A stretch of 64,000 bases of DNA from contig NW_003314279.1 in NCBI RefSeq assembly GCF_000143415.4, forward strand, positions 368,336 through 432,335. Reading direction: 5' to 3'. The DNA is from Selaginella moellendorffii. Taxonomy: Eukaryota; Plantae; Lycopodiophyta. The notes under the pieces were generated by a model that was not told the DNA's origin, did no database searches, and was given only the letters and a program-made list of their open reading frames with translations. Positions within the stretch are counted from its first letter, which is position 1; the number at the start of each line of letters is the position of its first letter. A program made the position numbers and the translations under genes. Of the stretch, positions 39,100 through 51,655 are shown piece after piece.

Positions 39100-39670
39100 A
39101 GATTGCCTAAATACATAACTAAGTTCCCCTCATCCCATACACAAGTGTGTGTATAGCCGCTACCATAAAGAATGAAAATTGGCTCTTCCACACGACACAA
39201 ATGTTAATGGCAACATGTGGCAATAGGCTGAGAAATAGAAAATATACCTGAGCCTATATCAACCAACACAAAGAGAATAATAGGAAATGTCTTGTTATAA
39301 AAGTGAGTTTGGAAAGTAAACACTAGATGACTTAATGCCAAGTGAACCCCTTGATGATACTCCTAAAACAAAGATGGAGGGGTCACTAACTTATTCACAC
39401 AAGGTCCTTTTGTTACTTATGTAACTCTTTGTTTCTTAGATGTATCTCATGTCCAGACTTTCCATTGTAGCAGCACCAATAGGACATTGTTGACGCCAAG
39501 GTCTCTATCCCGGAAATGAAGGTCACCAATCTGGAAAATGCTGACATTGCTGATAAGTGTGACCAACTTCATCACATGCCCATGAGCGGACATCACGGCC
39601 ATGATCACATCCTTGTCCTAGTCCTTGAACTCGAGCAGCAGTAGCATCAACCTTCATTAGAATAGAACCA
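39100..39670 (-). pseudogene. Degenerate gag knuckle/protease remnant of an old LTR element; continues at 62565
   Basis: Minus strand reads ...DVRSWACDEVGHTYQQC (decayed CCHC) and LFVLVDIGS (decayed DTG). Confidence 0.55.
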
Positions 39671-41735
39671 TGTAAGCAACTAAATTTTCCATTCTACTTT
39701 AGTCATTTAACCACACCTCCGACCACTTGGAAGAGTCTTATTCACAACCTTCATAAGTTATATTCTAGACTTGAGCACTTGTTAGCCATATATAAGGAAC
39801 CAACTCCCCGAGGTGTCATAGGCTAAAGGATCCCTGAATCCACAACCGAAATGATAGAGAGTTCATCGGATGGGACCAAGTCTAAAATCAAGTCCAAGAC
39901 CAACTTTGAGACCGAGTTTGAGATAGAGTCCGGGATTGAGTCCAAGGTCAACTTCGAGACCGAGTTCAAGATTGAGTTCGAGACCAAGTTCGAGACCGAG
40001 TTCAAGATCCGAAATCAGGTCCAAGACATAGTCTAAGATTGTGTCCAAGATCGAGTCCGAGATCAAGTCCAAGGTCGAGTCCGAAATTGAGTCTGAGATC
40101 GCGTCCGAGACCAAGTTTGATAATACAGGTTGGGGGGTGAAAGCCCAAAGCATGTGTATCCTGGGGGGGGGGGGGGGGCTATAAGTATAATAGGGACAGT
40201 GAGGTCCAGGAATCAGTCTTGAAGGAACTCTCCAGTGGTGCTTCCAAATTGACTTGAGGTTGAGACTGGGACTAAGGGGCATTGGGTGGGAGTGAGCATG
40301 GACTTGGGTGGTGCCGGAGGGGCCACTTCAAAAAGTGCTCAAGAGCAGCTCCCATTCCTGGAAGAGAAATCGACTACAGTGCTCCTAGCTCATGTGGAGT
40401 GGTGCCCCACTTGAGTACCTTGTGGCTCATTGGTCCTCGCCCTTCCTAGGGACTTGGGCCTTCCCTTCAGGATGGGAGTGGGGGAGTAAAGGTACCCATA
40501 TTAGGCCATTATGCCACAGTGTTTCCCCCCCGATGTTCCAAAGCAAATGTTGCACCCAAGGCTTGGGATTTAAAGGGTCCCATGATCAAGTCTTGTTGTA
40601 CCAAGGGATGTTAAAAACTTGGAGGCTTGGTGTGCTTGGCTGCTTATACTTGCGGGGAATGTAGCCGAACCTTAAGTTTAGTCTAACTTGGGGAGGGGGA
40701 TTGGGAAAGATTTGGGAATCCGTGGATGGATGGCGAATACTCTATTGCTCGTGCAGGGAGTTGCTGAAACCCAGTAGGACCAAGTAGGAGCTGGTACGAT
40801 AGGCAAGAACCTTGGCAAAAGAACTTAACTAAGGCGAAGGCTGTGGTGGTCGGATAAATGAGGTAAGCTAGCAAATTAAAAAGGAAAAATTTTTGGCTTA
40901 CAATTTAGTATCAGAGCCTTTTCCTCAGTTCTAGCGAAGGATAGAGGTGAATTACTAGGAGATGGCTGTAAGCCATAAATTTTTCCTTTCCAATTTGCCA
41001 GCTTACCTTGTCTATCCGTCCAACACTACCTTGGCTTTTGCTAAGTTCCCTTGCCAAAGTTCTCGCCTATGGTACCAGCTCCTACTTGGTTTCCGCTACT
41101 CACTGCACGAGCAACAGAGTGTTAGCCATCCATCCACGGATTCTCAAATCACTCCCAATCCCCCTCCCCAGGTTAGACTGGACTTAAGGTTCGGCTACAC
41201 TCCCCGCAAGCACAAGCAGCCAAGCACACCAAGCTTCCAGGTTCCTAACATTCCTTAGTACCACAAGACTTGATCATGGGACCCTCTAAATCCCAAGTCT
41301 TGAGTGCAACACTTGCTTCGGGATGCCGGGGCGAAACACCATGGCCTAGCGGCCCGGTATGGTACCTCTACCCCCCCACTTCCATCCCGAAGGAAGGCCT
41401 AAGCCCCTAGGGAGGGCGAGGACCAATGAGCCGCATGGTACTCAAGTGGGGCACCACTCCACATGAGTCTAGAGCACCGCAATCGGTTTCCCTTTCGGGA
41501 GTGGGAGCTGCTCTTGAGCACTTCCTTGGATGGCCCCTCCAGCACCAACCAAGTTCATGCTCACTCCCACCCAAGGCCCCTCGGTCCCAGTCTCAACCTC
41601 AAGTCGGTTTGGAGGCCCCACTAGAGAGTCCCTTCAAAACTGGTTCCTCGACCTCACTATCCCTATTATACTTTTGGAACCCGCTGGAGTGCGTATGTGC
41701 ACTAGCCAAAGTTACCGAGGTACGAAGGGATCCAA

Positions 41736-41835
41736 NNNNNNNNNNNNNNNNNNNNNNNNNNNNNNNNNNNNNNNNNNNNNNNNNNNNNNNNNNNNNNNNN
41801 NNNNNNNNNNNNNNNNNNNNNNNNNNNNNNNNNNN
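41736..41835. other. Assembly gap (100 N)
   Basis: N run inside the A2 3' LTR, near the poly-C tract. Confidence 1.
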
Positions 41836-43997
41836 CGACCACCCCCAGGAAGGTCCAAGCGGCCCCAACCAAAAGCCCCTTCATTCCCAGTCAAAACCCC
41901 AAGTTGGCAGGGAGACCCCCAAGGAGGTTCCGGAAAAACAGGGGAGAGGCCCCCCAAAACCCGTTTTAGGATTTGGAAACCCCTAGAAGACCTCGGGAAC
42001 CCCCACCCCCCCCCCCCCCCCCCTGGGAGACGCACGCTTTGGGCTTTCACCCCTTGACCCATATTAGTATTTGGACTTAGTCTCTGGCTCGATCTTGGAC
42101 TCGATTTTGGATCCGACTTCAGATTCGGTCTCGGACTCGATTTCGGACTCGATCTCGGACCCGATCTTGGACTCGACCTCGGACTCGACCTCAGACTCGG
42201 TGTCGGACCTGATTTCGGATCTCGGACTCTGTCTCGAACTCGGTCCCTGAGTCGGCCTCGGACTCGATTCCGGACTCTATCTCGAACTCGGTCTCAGAGT
42301 CGGTCTTGGACTCGATCTTCGACTTGGTCCTATCTGATGAACTCTTTGTCATTTTGGTTATGCTTTCGGGGTTCCTTTAGCCTATGACACCTCGGCGAGT
42401 TGGTTCCTTACAACTCCACCACCCATAGAAGAAGTTCGATGCCCACATCGAACGTCTCTCTTTTGATCCTACGACTTGTTGACCATGTCTCCGGGGGCAT
42501 CCCCCCACTTAGCGGTGTGCCTAAGTTAGCCTCCCCGGCCAAGAGCCCATGACAACGGAATATAGGTGTCCCTATACTCCTCACCTCACCACGCCCTAGT
42601 ATGGGGTCGGGACTTGAACCCAGCCTTGCTTTACTAGGGGGTTGGGACTTGAACCCAACCTCCGTAGAATACGTCTATGGATTCGACATCCCCGCAGAGA
42701 GTCAGGCGTAGCTCCCTACGCCTAGTCGACCTAGCTAACCCATGCTAATTAGCTCACCTTCGGCGCGCCTTCGGGTCCCAACATATGCCATTGCTCAACT
42801 TCACCAATTGATACTTTTAATTGAACTTTGCATAAGTACATAGAGTTTTGCCTTGCAGAAATTCCTCCACTAGATCTCGCGCGTTCGCTAGGTTCTCCTC
42901 CGGTTCCCATGTTGCTTCGCAGTGTGGAAATCCTTTCCACTTCACATGGAACTCTCTCACCTCGCGTCCTTGTCGCTTGCTCCTGCGCGCATTGAGGATG
43001 GCTTCGACTTCGTATTCCTCTTCCCCTTGGATAACCTCAGGTAAAGGCCTAACTTGGTCCTTGCGAAGCGGATCCTCAAAGTACGGCTTGAGTAAGTTCA
43101 CGTGGAACACGGGGTGCATCTTCCTCATCTCTCGAGGAAGTCGGAGACGGTAAGCCACTTTACCGATTCGAGCCTCAATCTCATAAGGCCCCGCGAACCT
43201 GCTTAAGGAACTCAAGATCAATTCATTTACAGGAATACATGCATTTTTACCTTTGGGTCAACTTCCAGCTAATCCCACTTGGTAGCCTGAGGTTCTTGGT
43301 GTTCAGCCACACCTTCTCCCCAGCTTGGAACTCTACGTCCCAGCGCTTTTGGTTCGCGTACTTGGTTTGCCTTTGTTGAGCCCGTTCCAAGGAATCCCTC
43401 ACTAGATTCCAAATGTTGAGTCTTTCCGCTGTGAATGCCTCCACTGCGGGTAACTCTCCATGATACTCGGCCACGCCGAGTTCCATAGGACCTTCAATAG
43501 CTCGCCCATTGATGACTTCCCATGGACTCACCCCGATGCTCGAATGTGGTGAGTTGTTATAACACATTTTCGCAAATCCCAAATGACTTACCCAATTAGT
43601 TTGGTCTCCTGAGACATAGCATCGCAAATAATCCTCTAGCTGCCTATTCACCCTTTCCGTTTGTTCGTCTGTCAAGAAGTGTTAATGCCATCATCTTCAC
43701 TTAATACCCCATACCTGTCTGTGGGTGATAGGCTATGCTGAATTTCAACTTGGTGCGATACTGTTCCAGGAGGGTTCTCCAGAACCTACTGGTGAAGATC
43801 TTATCTCGATCTGAGATAATCTCTTCTGGCCTTCCCCGCACTCGGACCACTTGTTTGAAGAACAGTTTCGCCACACCTTCCGCATCCACTTCCGTTATGG
43901 TGGGTATGAAATGTGCCATCTTCGAAAATCGATCCACCACCACGAATATCGCATCAAACCCTTCACTTGGGCGTAGTCCCATGATGAAGTCCATCGT

Positions 43998-45153
43998 TGT
44001 AAGCGACTAAATTTTCCATTCTGCTTTAGTCACTTAACCACACCTCTGACCACTTGGAGGAGTCTCATTCACAACCTCCATAAGTCCAATCCAGGACTTG
44101 GGACTTGCTAGCCCCGAGAATGGCATCCATGCCACTCAACATTTGCACTTGGTCCAAGTGCTCCACGTGTCCGATCCCATGACCGACACTCAAAGGTACC
44201 ACCGACATAGCAGCCCATTACGCTAAGGCCATGCCCAATCACCTTTGCCACACTGGTAGTCCAATACCACTTGCATCACCGTCTTGGCTCTCCAAGACTA
44301 GGCAAACCATCCGTGAGTGGTCATCTCAGATCCACTCCTTAGCATCCTTAGGATGCCCACCGACAAGGGGAATAGCCTTCCCCAATATCCCTCTGTCAGT
44401 CCCCACTAAGTCCCTTTCTGCCCCTGGCCGTGTTTGCCAACACTGCCACTGGATCGAGACCCATAGGCCCGACCACTAAGTCCCACGGTCCTCTGGGACT
44501 TCCTCACCACACGACTGTGTCCTTGGTCACTACCCCAGAGGACTGCTCCTCTTCCTTTCCACAGTCTGGGCCTTTGGGACAACATTTCGGAACACCGTGG
44601 CCTTACGTGAGCCACCTGGGTACTCTCCTCGCCTTCTGCCCTTGGGTGCTCTAGCCATGGGCTTAGAGCGGGTTCCGTTGAGCCACACCAGGTATCCAAG
44701 TAGGTAGTGCCACCCACACTTGGACTAGGAGCATCGGCCAGTCGATCTCCCGGGGGAACTAGAGCCGGCTCTTGAACACTTCACCAAGCTACCCCGCTTG
44801 TCGGTCCGTGTTCACTCTAGTCTTGGACTTCCCAGTGGGCAGCTCATCACCCAACACTGGGTCCGGCCTTCCTGGGCCAAACTAGCCTTTCCTGGCCAAA
44901 CTGGCCTTTCCTGGCCAAACTGGCTCCACTGCAGTCCTCCCCCTACTATACTTTTGGAGCTCACCAAACCCCCCAGGGTCTGGGAGACGAACGCTTTGGG
45001 CTTTCACCCTCTCAGACTCGAACTCGGACTCGGACTCGGACTCGGACTCGGACTCGGACTCGGACTTGGACTCGGACTCGGACTCGGACTCGGACTCGGG
45101 CTCGGGCTCGGGCTCGGTCTCGGCCTCGGCCTCGGTCTCGTTCTCGGTCCCGA

Positions 45154-45191
<38 letters not shown>

Positions 45192-48100
45192 CCGGTCTCG
45201 GTCTCGACTTCGGACTCCATCTCGGACTCCATCTCGGACTCCATCTCGGACTCCATCTCGGGTCCATCTCGGACTCCATTTCGGGTCCATCTCAGGTCCA
45301 CCTCGGACTCCATCTCGGACTCCATTTCGGGTCCATCTCGGGTCCACCTCGGACTCCATCTCGGACTCCATCTCGGGTCCATCTCGGACTCCACTTCGGA
45401 CTCCAACTCGGGTCCATCTCGGACTCCACTTCGGACTCCAACTCGGGTCCATCTCGGACTCCACTTCGGACTCCAACTCGGGTCCATCTCGGACTCCACT
45501 TCGGACTCCAACTTAGGTCCATCTCGGACTCCACTTCGGACTCCAACTCGAGTCCATCTCGGACACTTCCACGTGTCATGTGTTGGTCCTTTTGGGTCCC
45601 TTTTTGGAGCCTCGCTTTTTGCTTGCTTCGTGCTCGTTCCTCGAGCACTTCGTTGGGAGTTCCACTCCCGCTCTTGACTTTTCAAGTCGGAGCTTTTGGT
45701 CCAAACGTGTTACGCTCGTTTGGCTCTTGCTTCAGCCACTACCACGTGGCACCCTTTTCGGCTCCACTTTGGGGCCTAGGGATTTTGTGTCTCACAACTC
45801 CACCACCCATAGACGAAGTTCGATGTCCTCATCGAACGGTAAACCATTTTGTAAAGTAACACTCGCATGTGTTACCATTTTCATCTTTGGCACCTAGCCA
45901 ATATTTGTCAATGGTTTGACATTGAAGGCTCACCATGCCTTTTGCCTCAATGGTTTTTTGCATATGCCTCAATGGTTTGACACCAAAGGCTCACCATGCC
46001 TTGCCTATCCTCTAAGGAGGGTAGTTTCTCCAACTTAGAGACTGATTGGACCACATGTAGTGGTTCTTTCCTTTTATTAGTTTAGTTCTCGCTAAAAATC
46101 TTAGAGACCCTTCTCTAAGTCAATCGCACTACTCCTTCTCGAGTAGTCTCAATTTCCATCTATTGAATATTTGCACCTTGGAACTTTTACTCTTTTGACT
46201 TTTGGAAGTCAATTTCCTAGGTGTCTCCAACACCTTGCATTGCACAGATTGTGCAACTCCACTTCCCTATCCTAGGAAGTTCATTACTTGAGGGCACCAT
46301 CATCCTCTCTTCTATTTTGTGCCACCTTGGGCACTAAGTTCCATTTATCACACTTTGTGCTAGGGTTGTCCATTGCCCTATCATTTGGCTACCTTACCGC
46401 TCCCTCCCTTGGAGCTTCCACTTTTTGCCAAATCGGAGCAATTCGGAATCCATCCTTGGAAACACACTTCCTTTCCCGCAATTTGTTAGCGTCCAACACA
46501 TTAGTGTTCCTTGCCTAACTTTGTCACTTGGAGTCCTTCCAAGGAATTCCACGGCCCTATCTTGGCCACTCATCTTTTGCTCCTATCCATTGATTGTTGC
46601 ACCAAGCAACATCGAATCTCTACCTCCCTCCTTGAGGTGTTCTTTTGATTCCATAGCAAAGGCTCTGCTTTGCCAAGACTAGGGTGTTCACCCCTAGTAA
46701 GTCTCTTTTAGCATCTTCTGCTGTGGGCTCTATCCTCGGCCCAACTTTGTGACCCTCTCATGGGTCTCTTTAGAGACTACTTTCCTTGGACACACTATGC
46801 CATCGCAATGACATAGCTCATTTCCCTAAGGTGCTTTTCCCACTTGGTCACCTTGACCAAGCCACACCATTATCAATAGTTCAAATCAACACTTTGAACT
46901 AGGAACCTTATTCCTTAACCCAAACAAGGATCTTGTCCTTATTTAGCCACAAGATCACCTAGTGATCTCACCTCGGCACCTTAACAGGTTTGCCAATAGG
47001 TACTAGGTCTTCCAGACCTTTAATTTGTTACCTATGACCCCGGGGGCATCCCCCACACTTGGCGGTGCGCCCAAGCCAGCCCTTCCGGCCAAGGGTCCAT
47101 AGCAACTGAGATTAGGTATCCCCATCTCACTCACCACGTCCTTGGTGCCGATTGCACCAAAGCGTTCAAGTTAGATATGCCGAGCTTTCACTCTAAGCAA
47201 TCTAACCGTGCATCACGACTCCGAGGCATCCCTCGCTTGGCGGTGTTCCCAAACCAATCTCCCCACTGAGAGTCCATGACCACCGAAATATGAGTGTCCT
47301 CATATTCCAAACCATCACCACGCCCTAGTGATTTGGGACTCGAACCCAAGCACTAGAGGGTCAGGACTCGAACCCAACCTCCGTATATGCATCTACGGAC
47401 GGCATCACACAAGATGCCTGGCGTAACTCCCCACACCGGTGCACCAACTTATTTTTAAAGCGTGCTATAAATCACAGCTTAGGAACCTAGTTCCTTCGCA
47501 CTGCCAAGTCCTCTCACTTGACAAGCCTGTGATCATGCATGGACTCCTCCATGCTCGGCCCCATGGGCCACCCCTTTGAAGTTAGCTCCTTCAACTAGGG
47601 TATTCGTTCCCCCCCGACTTGCCAATCTCACTTAGCAAGTCATCTAGCCACTTGTAATATGGTTCATGCATAAGCGTGAAAGCCCTTGATCCTTGACTTT
47701 CGTTCAAAGCCTTCTCTTTGAAGGCTCGGGAACTACTTCCCTAACCTTGAAAGCCTTGCCTCATGGCAAGCTTCAAGACCACGCTTCTGCTGCGCCACTC
47801 TGATTTCGCGTGTTCCTTGAACCATTTACACTTGGCCTTTCTAGGTACTAAGCTACCTAGAATCCTCTTTGAGAACCTTGAAGGAACTTTGTCCCTCAGC
47901 TTGCTAAGGCCTCCCTTTTTGCAAGCTTTATAGTTGCCATATAGTTTAACATGGATAATTCCATATTTTAGACTCTCCATGGCATCACGGTTGCTAGCGG
48001 CAACACCCTCAAGCCCCCACTTGATTCTCCACTCCCAGCTGGCATAACCAACCTTGGTTATGCCCTTCGATTCCTGTGGTTCGGTTCTATCCCCTTACTT

Positions 48101-51012
48101 CTTACTTTTGGCTTCACACCTTTCCTTCGGTCATTCTTCTCCAGACCAGGAGGATAGCTTTGCACTTTCTATCATGCCTTAGCAAGTATTCTTAGGGATG
48201 AACCTACCCAATAGCCCATGGAGTGGTTCCTCAATCCGGGTATGCTCACCTTATAATCCCACACACTGGGATTACCATGTTGCTTATGGGCCTTTACATG
48301 CCCATCACTAGCCTTGCGAAAATTCCATTTTTGGCTTTGTCCAACTCGGGTAGACAGTCCTCTCCTGTCTCCACAACCTTGGACATTTGGATAGCACCTT
48401 CTATCCATCATTCGCTAGGGACTTAGTCCCTTGGGTCTTATCCATTGCCCTCGCGACATCAAACACCACCTTCTGGTGTTCTAGAGTGTTCGGGTGTCCC
48501 AATGATGGCTTTCTTGACAATGAGTATTTCCTTTTATGACATTGACTTACTATATCGCAACATAAGCAACTTATCCCCCGTAAGGGCATATCCAACTTCC
48601 TTATGCTATTAAGAAGTCTTGGGTAGCTACCTTCTACCCGTTTAGCCAGTTATTTTGCACCTCTTGCTTAGTTGCTTCATAGTTGTCAAGTCCTACAACT
48701 CATTGCTTGGTGCTTCCACACCTCCATCATTATCTGGATCACCACACTCCAACTGCATGCTCTGCAGCTTAGGCTATGCCATTCCCATTTCCCTTGGGAT
48801 TCCTTTGGCAAGGGGTTCTTATGAACCCACCAACATAGCCTCAAGGTATCACACCTTGGCACATTTGGTGTCTCCACACCATCGGCTCCACGAGCCTACC
48901 TCTATGACACTTCCCCTTCGTATCTAAGTCTTTGCCAAGACCAACACCGCTCTTTCTCATGCCAACCATCCGTTAGCACTGCACCATAGAGGTCCCATAC
49001 AACTTCGTGTCAAAGTTGTTTTCTTCTGGAAACACCTTTCCCATAACTTTAGCATGGCACATTTTGCCATCGATGAGATACCCTCTGTTCTCATCCTTGG
49101 ATCCTATGATCCCCCCCCATCCTTTGTGGGGTACAACACACCTCAGTCCAAATGCTTCCATCAGTCCTTTTAGGACCATCCCTTGACTCTACTTGAGTCA
49201 TCAGCAGTTTTGGACTTGGTTAATCCACAGACCCTTAAGGTCCTATTTGTGAGGCACTAGCTCACTGGAATACACTTCTTGCATTCCTGTCCTACTCAAA
49301 AGGACTATTTTCACAAGTGTTACTCCGACACTTGATTTTGTTCTCTGGGGGCAACTTTTGCCCCTTAGGACTACTTATCAATGCGATGAGAATACCAACT
49401 CATCTCTAAGTACACCCCCCAACTCCTTGGGTTGTTCCAGCATTTATTAAAGATAGCCCCGGCTGCCATTTCAAGGACTTGAGTCCTCTTCCGTATTTGA
49501 CCTCCCACGGTCATTACCTCTGGTCTCACATTCATGAGCACCAACCTCAACTATATGAGGATAATCTTGTGACTCCTTTATTGTTTTGGAGTCTCTATCT
49601 TTTCCGTGATCCCAACTATAGTTGTTTACCACAACTACCTTAACCAATTTGCTGAGATAAATGCTCATCCAGATCACATCCTCAACTCAATGAGGAAAAC
49701 CTTGCACCGTTCCCAAGATCCCAAAGTCGTTCCATTATTGGCCCTTTTCTATCCACCACCTTGTTTACAAGTTCACACGTGAACTGTAATAAAGAGCCAT
49801 GTCTTCCCGACTTGCTACTCCACAAGGATAGGCCCACTCCTCGGACCTTCTGATGCCAACACAAGTGATGATATACTTGAGCACCAATAAAAGTCGGACT
49901 AAGGAACAGCTCCGATACCAAATTGTAAGCGACTAAATTTTCCATTCTGCTTTAATCATTTAACCACACCTCTAACCACTTGGAGGAGTCTCATTCACAA
50001 CCTCCATAAGTCCAATCTAGGACTTGGGACTTGCTAGCCCCGAGAATGGCATCCATGCCACTCAACATTTGCACTTGGTCCAAGTGCTCCACGTGTCCGA
50101 TCCCATGACCGACACTCAAAGGTACCACCGACATAGCAGCCCGTTACGCTAAGGCCATGCCCAATCACCTTTGCCACACTGGTAGTCCAATACCACTTGC
50201 ATCACCGTCTTGGCTCTCCAAGACTAGGCAAACCATCCGTGAGTGGTCATCTCAGATCCACTCCTTAGCATCCTTAGGATGCCCACCGACAAGGGGAATA
50301 GCCTTCCCCAATATCCCTCTGTCAGTCCCCACTAAGTCCCTTTCTGCCCCTGGCCATGTTTGCCAACACTGCCACTGGATCGAGACCCATAGGCCCGACC
50401 ACTAAGTCCCACGGTCCTCTGGGACTTCCTCACCACACGACTGTGTCCTTGGTCACTACCCCAGAGGACTGCTCCTCTTCCTTTCCACAGTCTGGGCCTT
50501 TGGGACAACATTTCGGAACACCGTGGCTTTATGCGAGCCACCTGGGTACTCTCCTCGCCTTCTGCCCTTGGGTGCTCTAGCCATGGGCTTAGAGCGGGTT
50601 CCGTTGAGCCACACCAGGTATCCAAGTAGGTAGTGCCACCCACACTTGGACTAGGAGCATCGGCCAGTCGATCTCCCGGGGGAACTAGAGCCAGCTCTTG
50701 AACACTCCACCAAGCTACCCCGCTTGTCGGTCCGTGTTCACTCTAGTCTTGGACTTCCCAGTGGGCAGCTCATCACCCAACGCTGGGTCCGGCCTTCCTG
50801 GGCCAAACTGGCCTTTCCTGGCCAAACTGGCTCCACTGCAGTCCTCCCCCTACTATACTTTTAGAGCTCACCAAACCCCCCAGGGTCTGGGAGACGAACG
50901 CTTTGGGCTTTCACCCTCTCAGACTCGAACTCGGACTCGAACTCGGACTCGGACTCGGACTCAGACTCGGACTCGGCCTCGGCCTCGGCCTTGGTCTCGT
51001 TCTCGGTCCCGA

Positions 51013-51050
<38 letters not shown>

Positions 51051-51655
51051 CCGGTCTCGGTCTCGACTTCGGACTCCATCTTGGACTCCATCTCGGACTC
51101 CATCTCGGACTCCATCTCGGGTCCATCTCGGACTCCATTTTGGGTCCATCTCGGGTCCACCTCGGACTCCATCTCGGACTCCATTTCGGGTCCATCTCGG
51201 GGCCACCTCGGACTCCATCTCGGACTCCATCTCGGGTCCATCTCGGACTCCACTTCGGACTCCAACTCGGGTCCATCTCGGACTCCACTTCGGACTCCAA
51301 CTCGGGTCCATCTCGGACTCCACTTCGGACTCCAACTCGGGTCCATCTCGGACTCCACTTCGGACTCCAACTCAGGTCCATCTCGGACTCCACTTCGGAC
51401 TCCAACTCGAGTCCATCTCGGACACTTCTACGTGTCATGTGTTGGTCCTTTTGGGTCCCTTTTTGGAGCCTCGCTTTTTGCTTGCTTCGTGCTTGTTCCT
51501 CGAGCACTTCGTTGGGAGTTCCACTCCCACTCTTGACTTTTCAAGTCGGAGCTTTTGGTCCAAACGTGTTACGCTCGTTTGGCTCTCGCTTCAGCCACTA
51601 CCACGTGGCACCCTTTTCGGCTCCACTTTGGGGCCTAGGGATTTTGTGTCTCACA
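43998..51655 (-). mobile_element. Intact family-B non-autonomous LTR element (B2, LARD-like); LTRs 43998-45796 and 49924-51655
   Basis: TSD ATCGT at 43993-43997 and 51656-51660; near-identical LTRs; PBS TGGTATCGGAGC; PPT identical to A; 4.1-kb internal region with no long ORF. Confidence 0.93.
45010..45565. repeat. GGACTC / CTCCATCTCGGA / 36-bp repeat array in the B LTR (also 50920-51425 and 61800-62330)
   Basis: Direct reading; copy number differs between the two B2 LTRs. Confidence 0.9.

Noticed and set aside
41680-42010. Divergent sequence in the A2 LTRs beside the poly-C tract (also 55920-56060)
   Set aside because: Adjacent to a gap and long homopolymers; most likely low-quality sequence.
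44798-45897. Long LG/SP/RD/ES-repeat ORFs (also 50698-51816, 11661-11975 and similar)
   Set aside because: Translations of stop-free hexamer arrays inside LTRs, open in several frames on both strands.
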